Below are positions 58,001-64,000 of a stretch of 64,000 nt of DNA, piece by piece. The position numbers and the translations under genes are program-made. Every line of letters starts with the position of its first letter. Position 1 is the stretch's first letter. Source of the stretch: Trichosphaerium sp. ATCC 40318 (taxonomy: Eukaryota; Protista; Tubulinea); contig JALMLS010000455.1 of the NCBI GenBank assembly GCA_038496445.1, positions 372,001 through 436,000 on the forward strand, given 5' to 3'. The notes under the pieces are model-generated. The model made no database searches. It was not told the origin of the DNA and worked only from the letters and a program-made list of their open reading frames with translations.

Positions 58001-61000
58001 TGAAGAGAAAGATTCTTTGCTTGGTGACGATGATGTTACTGAAAAGACTGAGCTTTTGTCTCCACGGAAAAAGAAATATATACCTCCTCCTGAAACGAAT
58101 GTATTAAGAAAGCGACGCCACACTGTTACTTCAGGGCTTGATAGTCCTAAAGCAAGTCACTCAAGAAAAAGACGTACACTTGATGATGAAACAGAAGATG
58201 AAGATAATATTGCAATGACTGACAGTCGTGCGTTCCGTGATGATCGTGGTGATAGTGATGATGAAGAAGTGTACGCTGATGTCACTAATGTATTAATTAA
58301 TCTGAATGTTAGATTTACTCCTTGGGACTTTATAATGTTGAGCTTCGCTACAATGAAGCGATACTACAAAAGTACGTAACAAATTTTTTTTCATCCTGCC
58401 ATTAAACCTCTTTCTAGGCTTGCTTGATGAAGACCAAACTGGTACAGACCTTTATGTACCTTTATTTGTATTGGGTACGTGGTATATGGAACGAATTTAT
58501 TGGACCTGTCTCAGCCCTTTGGGCACTACAGGGCTGACAGTAAAACTCAGGGAGAAAAAACAAAGTCTAACTTTTTTTTTTTAGATCTTATATCATTCCT
58601 TGTTCTTCTATTTTATCCATCGGAATTTATTGGTGTTGATAATAATATAGCAACAGTACGCTTTATAATTTTAATAGCATTTATTGTCGTGATAAATGTT
58701 GTCTTGAAGCTAATTTTTTGTTTCTAGTATCTAGATCAAAATAGACTTCCTCTAGCCTTTGTTATGCTTCTTCTAGCTCAATTCTGTTTGATTTGTGTTG
58801 AACGTATAATCTTCCTTTTCCAAAGCGTAATATCTAAGCTATTACTCCAATACACGTTGTTGGTACGCATACAGTAGTTTTTCTAATCCACGTTTGAATT
58901 TGCTTTTTCTAACTCCTATCTCCGACAGGTGTTGTATCACTTCTTGTTGTGGTTCTATGTACCTACTACTAATAACAAGAATTACAATGAATTAAACTGG
59001 ATACAAGTCTTTTACTTTCTGAAGCTTATTTACTTCGTTGTATCAGGCCTACAAATCGCTTATGGGTAACCGGAATCACTAGTAATGTTTTCATTGAACT
59101 AATTTTTTGTTTTAAGATACCCTGCTCAAGGATCTTTGAGATTCATCACAAGTGCTCCAAATCCACTTTATATAAATTGGGGCGCATATCAAGTATACAG
59201 GTATAAAATTAAAAATTAGCTTGACAGTGTGGGAACGAATGTTTGAACATGTTCCTTGTTTTTTCTTATCTGATTTTTTTTTGTGCTGATGCTTTATCTC
59301 CCATAGAGCTATTCCTTTCTTGTTCGAACTACGTACACTCCTTGACTGGGCTGTAACACGAACTACACTAACATTTTATGAGTGGCTCAAACTAGAAGGT
59401 ACGTAATGAGAAGAACTAAATCCTAAACTTTTGTTGTACTCAACTTTTTGTTACTTCCTTAGATATTTATAACTACCTCTTCTTGACAAAGTGTCGTATT
59501 TGCCAAGAAAGAGCATTTGAGAGGTACATATTAGATGAATATTTCTCGATTAATGTGTTAATCCCTCGTAGAAAAGAAGGAGATATACAACCTCTCATAC
59601 TTAAACTTGTTATGGGATTTGGTTTATTCATTCTTTTGGTGTTTATCATTTGGCTTCCTCTCTTTGTTTTCATGCAAGGTAGTTTGTCAAATAAGCCAAA
59701 CCCAGTCACTTCTGTACGTATTAGAATACTTTACATCTTTTTAAATCCGAAACACTTCTTCTTGGTTACTAAACAAGTCAAAGTGTTATTACTTTCCTCA
59801 TTTGCCCTGTTGGTAAAAGTTTTTTGTGGATTACCTAAAGCCCTGAGGCTGGTTTTTTAAGCCTGCTTCTTCCATTTACAGTGTTAAGTTTTCTGTATAC
59901 TCCTTCATAATCAAACTAGCTTGTTTTGTTTTACTTCTCTGTCAGGTTTTTTTTTTTGATATTTGCGTTTTTGATAGGTTGATATCACTATGGGTATAGA
60001 TGGATATGATGCATTCTATACTGTTCGTGCAATGAGTGGAATAACAGGAGTAGAGAAGACAATATTTGACAAAATTGTCGGTGCTTACTCGGCTTCTCGG
60101 TTAATAGGTATGCCGCTGTAATCCAAATATTATCTACAACAACAAAGTTTAATGTGTCAAAAAATCCACCTCACAAAAACAACAAAAAAAGCTCGCGTAC
60201 CATTCCTTTGATACCCCAACACTGTTGGAAGCTGTTAAATCACCTCTTGGGGGTTTTGGGCGCCCTTTTGGTTGATTATTTACTAACTTTTTTTTTGCTT
60301 TTTAGGTAAAGGAGACCGGCAGGATACGCAGCAAGTTACGCTAGGGTCGGATAGTCAGCTGTTATGGCTGATATCCCCACCATCTTTGCAGCAATTCAAG
60401 ACAGCTCTAAAAGGACCTACTGCCCTACGTTTGTTCTACTCTGTAACGTTCACAAGGCAAAATCCACCTGAGGTATGTAACTATCTCTCAGAATATTTTA
60501 TTGTCCCACGTGATAGTTGTGGTGAAATGAACATCTAACTGATCTTCTACAAGATGTTGGAAATTAGCACATTTAGAACTTTGGCAAACATCACTGATGA
60601 AGATCGTGCCTCGCTTCTGAGTGTTCTAGAAGATCCAGAAAAAAACGAGTTTACAGCAAATGCTTTCTTTCCACGTGCTTTCTTAGTACCTGTTACAGGA
60701 GAAATACGGTATGTTGACACAAAAAGTAAACAGCAAATCAAAAAACCCAAAAAGTTGGAAAGTAATAGAGCCGGTCTATGAGCACTCTGTTGACTTTTGT
60801 TTGATCAGTTTTTTTTTGTGCTTATTTTTTTTTGTTTTAGGCTTTCTTCACCTACAAACGTTTTTCCTGTCAACTTCAACCTTATCCAAGATATTACATC
60901 TTTCAATGTATCTCAAGGACCTGGTAAACCTCCTAGAACAGTTGAACAGTATACTGTGTACTGGAAAATCTCACAAAACATAACAAGTGATGATCCGCTT

Positions 61001-61662
61001 GCACGTAAGTGTTCCTTTTGTTGCAACTTTACCTCCTTTTCTTACTTTTTTCTTTGTTTAGAAGATTCAAAAGTTAAGTTTGTTGTTGTATCTGTTGAAG
61101 TGCCTACATTCGGTCAACTAAGTTTTCTAGCTACTGGTGGTATTGTCAGTTTGTGTATCCTTTCACAACGAATTTTTTTTTTGATTTTTTTTTTTACTAC
61201 CAAACGGCTCGTTGTTTGCCTTGACTACTCTTTCAAGACACTATTTTCGTCCTAGCTGTTGGTCGTTTACTACGTACTGGTGTAACAGATATGTCACTTA
61301 GGATTGTATTCGAGGATATGCCTGAGGTAGACGAGATTATGGCTTACTGTGAGGTACATACTTTTTTTTTTCTGAAGAATTCTATTGAAAACGATTTTAC
61401 CTCTCACTATTGTTGACATTCCTTCTCTTTCATCTTTTACAGTTGTTGTTTGTATTTGATAAAATGAGGTCTTGGCTCACGTGTTTTTTTTTCCTTTTAG
61501 GATATCTTCCTTGCACGCCAAGATGGTGACTTTGTTCTTGAAGAACAACTATTCAGAGAACTAATAGAACTTTACCGCTCTCCTGAGCTTATTATTTCAA
61601 GAACAGTACTTCAAAAACCAAAGTTTGGGGTACCTAAAGATAAGAAAACAAAAGAGGAGTAA
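49072..61662 (+). CDS. PIEZO: Piezo mechanosensitive channel, many exons
   Basis: Very long multi-TM gene with N-terminal LLIAALIR..SYIYL, LVYPITLFGYAMLERPRP, SGLQIAYGYP, AIPFLFELRTLLDW..T.TTL..YEWLKLEDI, cap region, GIVSLYTIFVLAVGRLLR and IVFEDMP...DIFLARQDGDFVLEEQLFRELIELYRSPE. Confidence 0.95.
52887..52966 (+). other. U12-type GT-AG intron in Piezo
   Basis: Donor GTATCCA, branch TCTTTAAC 10 nt before CAG. Removal restores the frame NK-P-ITLEEIG. Confidence 0.72.
61155..61237 (+). other. U12-type GT-AG intron in Piezo inner helix
   Basis: Donor GTATCCTT, branch CCTTGAC 12 nt before AAG. Removal restores GIVSL-Y-TIFVLAVGR. Confidence 0.85.
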
Positions 61663-62099
61663 AGAAGAGACTATAAGAAATAAGCTGTAAACAAAAGAAA
61701 AAAAGAACAAAAAAAATTTCAAACAATAAACAATGTAATTAAAGCAACCGTTGTCCTTGTCTTCGCCTCAATACCATAATATCTTTAATTGCACTAAAAC
61801 ACGCACGTGTAGAGCAGACGGAGCATAGTTTTCTTCCGATTAAAAGATGAGTAAACGTACAACTCAGTTCTGAGCAGTCTGGGAATGAAGCTGAGCAAAT
61901 AATACTATTATTCCCGGTAGTCATACGTCAACTTTGTGTTGATATGAGATTTAAATGCGTGTTGTTTTAACAGTAGTCACGAACTACTACCACTCAAGGG
62001 TTTCAAGTACTACTGGCTTATTACACTGAAAATGTTTATGTAGTATTACCGCATATTCGTGTCATTCAAGTATTTACATAGGGTTTTTGTACTAAGATA

Positions 62100-64000
62100 T
62101 CACGCAGCGCCAAGAAGTAAAGGTAATCTAGGTTTCCCGTTTTCTGTAATTTCTTGACATTTGAAACGAATTTTTGATCCGATTTCAGGTCGTGAGGGTA
62201 GTGTTACACCTCTACTAATTACAAAATCTACATTCTCACTTGTTTTACATAATAAACATCCTAACAAAACATCAACAAACTTCAGACCAGGCTTTTTTTT
62301 TGAAGAACAATTTTCTGACAAAAAAATCTGAAATGTATGGCATAAAAAACACTTACCAACATGATTTGTAGTTGTTCCATATCCAGTAACTGTAGCAATA
62401 CTTTCAATAAATATTTTTACCTTAAGAAGTTTATGTGTACGACCAGTAGCGTATCTATAAAGATAATTAAAAAATGAGTCAGTATTCAAAAAAAAGATTT
62501 AAAGAAAGCAAACATTTTGAAATCATTCACTCTCACACCTTCTCTTCTTCCCCACACCCTTTAAAATATCGGTTTTGAAATAAAATACAATGTGTGGTAA
62601 TACACAAGTATACAACAAAGGAAATACAAGGAAGGAAAGGGAAGTGAATGATAAAGAAGAAAAAAAGAGGAAAAAGTTACGAACAGTGTTCTTGGTTTGC
62701 TCAGCATTAAACCTTCTCCTCCTTTCTTTTCTATTTCTTTCAGCATTACTCTAACATGATCATTATCTTCTGCTTTTTTATGGTCTACCATTGTAATATG
62801 TGAGTCACATGGCTCTAAAACTTGTTTAAGATATTTCATCCTGTGTTCGAATAGTAGATCCGCTTTTGGGCAATCAAACACTTTGTATTCGATACAAGAC
62901 CAAAGATCGGCTAAAAAATAGTGAATACACAGTGTCAAACGATCAAAAAAGTTGTTATTTTTCTTGTAAGTGAAAGGCACAAGTCACAGCAAAAACTTTT
63001 GTTGAAAAGATAGTTGTGTGCAAAGAAAGTGCGCTTTCAGGTTGTTTAAACTTTCTCAAATCGCTTGCCTTTCACTACAAAGTAAAGGACGCATTTTACA
63101 AAGAAAAACCGTGAGGTGGCTGCAAATGGAAAATAAACTGTTTGAAACAAACGAATAAAAAACAAGATTTGATTATAACTTACAGCGTCTATTCATAACG
63201 ATGTTAGACGTTGAGTAGAACTTTCCTGGTCCACCATATAGCTCTCCATCAAGGTGATCATTTGGTAGAGTCTCAGTAAACCAATCAGGAGAAGAAAGTT
63301 TTTTACCACAACGTGATACAAGCGACCTTACAGATTAAAAAATAAGAAAAAAAATAAACTAGATCCTTTGTGACGCTTACTTTCCATCCCAATAAGCCCT
63401 GACGCCATCATATTTTTCAGAAACCCACCAACCAGTTACATCTTTAACACCATCCCACTATGTCGAAGTAAGTAATGACAACAAGAGGAGAGAAAGTATT
63501 ATATGCTTACTACTTTAGCCAACATTAACTCCGGTGCATCTGATGATCGAGTATTCTCAGGTGATATAGTTGACCAGTCTTCGAATGGATATAAGTTAGC
63601 TAATGCTCTGTAGAGAGAGTGATTATATCTAAGATCATTATTGAGAGATAGGAGGTATAGAACAGGAGAAAGAAGAAAAAAAAGAAAAAAAGAAGAAAAA
63701 AAGAGAAATTTGTTTTTATTTTTTCTCAAAAGAAACACACGCGTACTGCCTAAAAAATGCGCTGCCAACATCTTCAATATCTTCAGGTAGAATATTTTTA
63801 AAATCAGAGAGAGTTTTGACTTCCAAAAAACGAGCTATGGTTGATCCTAGATACTGTTTTTGGTTGTCTAGATCGTCCCAATACCCTCTCGGTACCTTAT
63901 CAAATGATTATGTTGATATATAAGATAAACTTCGCGCATACCTGACTAGAAAATCATAAATACGTGAAATCTTGTAAAAATTAACGTAATTTCGCAAAAA
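62100..64000 (-). CDS. Helical-repeat protein with C-terminal minimal ATP-dependent polynucleotide ligase (5' end outside the window)
   Basis: Repeat VPRGYWDDLDNQKQYL...YNHSLYRALANLYPFEDW, then LMLAKW..DVTGWWVSEKYDGVRAYWDG (motif I), LDGELY (III), YKVFD (IIIa), GGEGLML (IV), LLKVK (V) and an OB fold ending GKPRLP. Confidence 0.9.

Noticed and set aside
61739-62070. Small minus-strand ORF between Piezo and the ligase gene
   Set aside because: No recognisable domain and no coherent exon chain; it may be 3' UTR.

Overview
Compact, AT-rich, very intron-dense eukaryotic nuclear DNA, probably an amoebozoan-like protist (taxon inferred, not provable here). It uses the standard genetic code. Most introns are about 45-60 nt with GTAC/GTAA/GTAT donors and CTAAY/CTGAC branch points. 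By manual splicing I reconstruct about 19 protein genes: Lon protease, PP5, a GNAT acetyltransferase, FolC/FPGS, eIF2-beta, an alpha/beta-hydrolase, an intronless F-box/LRR gene, a divergent Rab, a Trp-rich helical-repeat endonuclease, a PTPMT1-like phosphatase, a multi-SNARE/GRAM protein, a small coiled-coil protein, two MRH/ATG27-like receptors, an NAD epimerase, a SOUL protein, a PAS-eIF2-alpha kinase, an APH-M23-aminotransferase fusion, Piezo and a helical-repeat ATP-dependent ligase. There is also one atypical intronic tRNA. Highlights: (1) the same uncharacterised ~65-70-aa repeat is fused to an endonuclease in one gene and to a ligase in another, suggesting a modular cut-and-ligate system; (2) at least four U12-type introns, two with non-canonical GT-TG and GT-AT ends; (3) an intron-containing homolog of the MARTX toxin ABH effector; (4) a FixL-type heme-PAS eIF2-alpha kinase; (5) a possible single-chain STX17/SNAP47-like Qabc SNARE; (6) strong intronic enrichment of CACGTG. 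Exon boundaries and counts were done by eye and may be off by a few nt.
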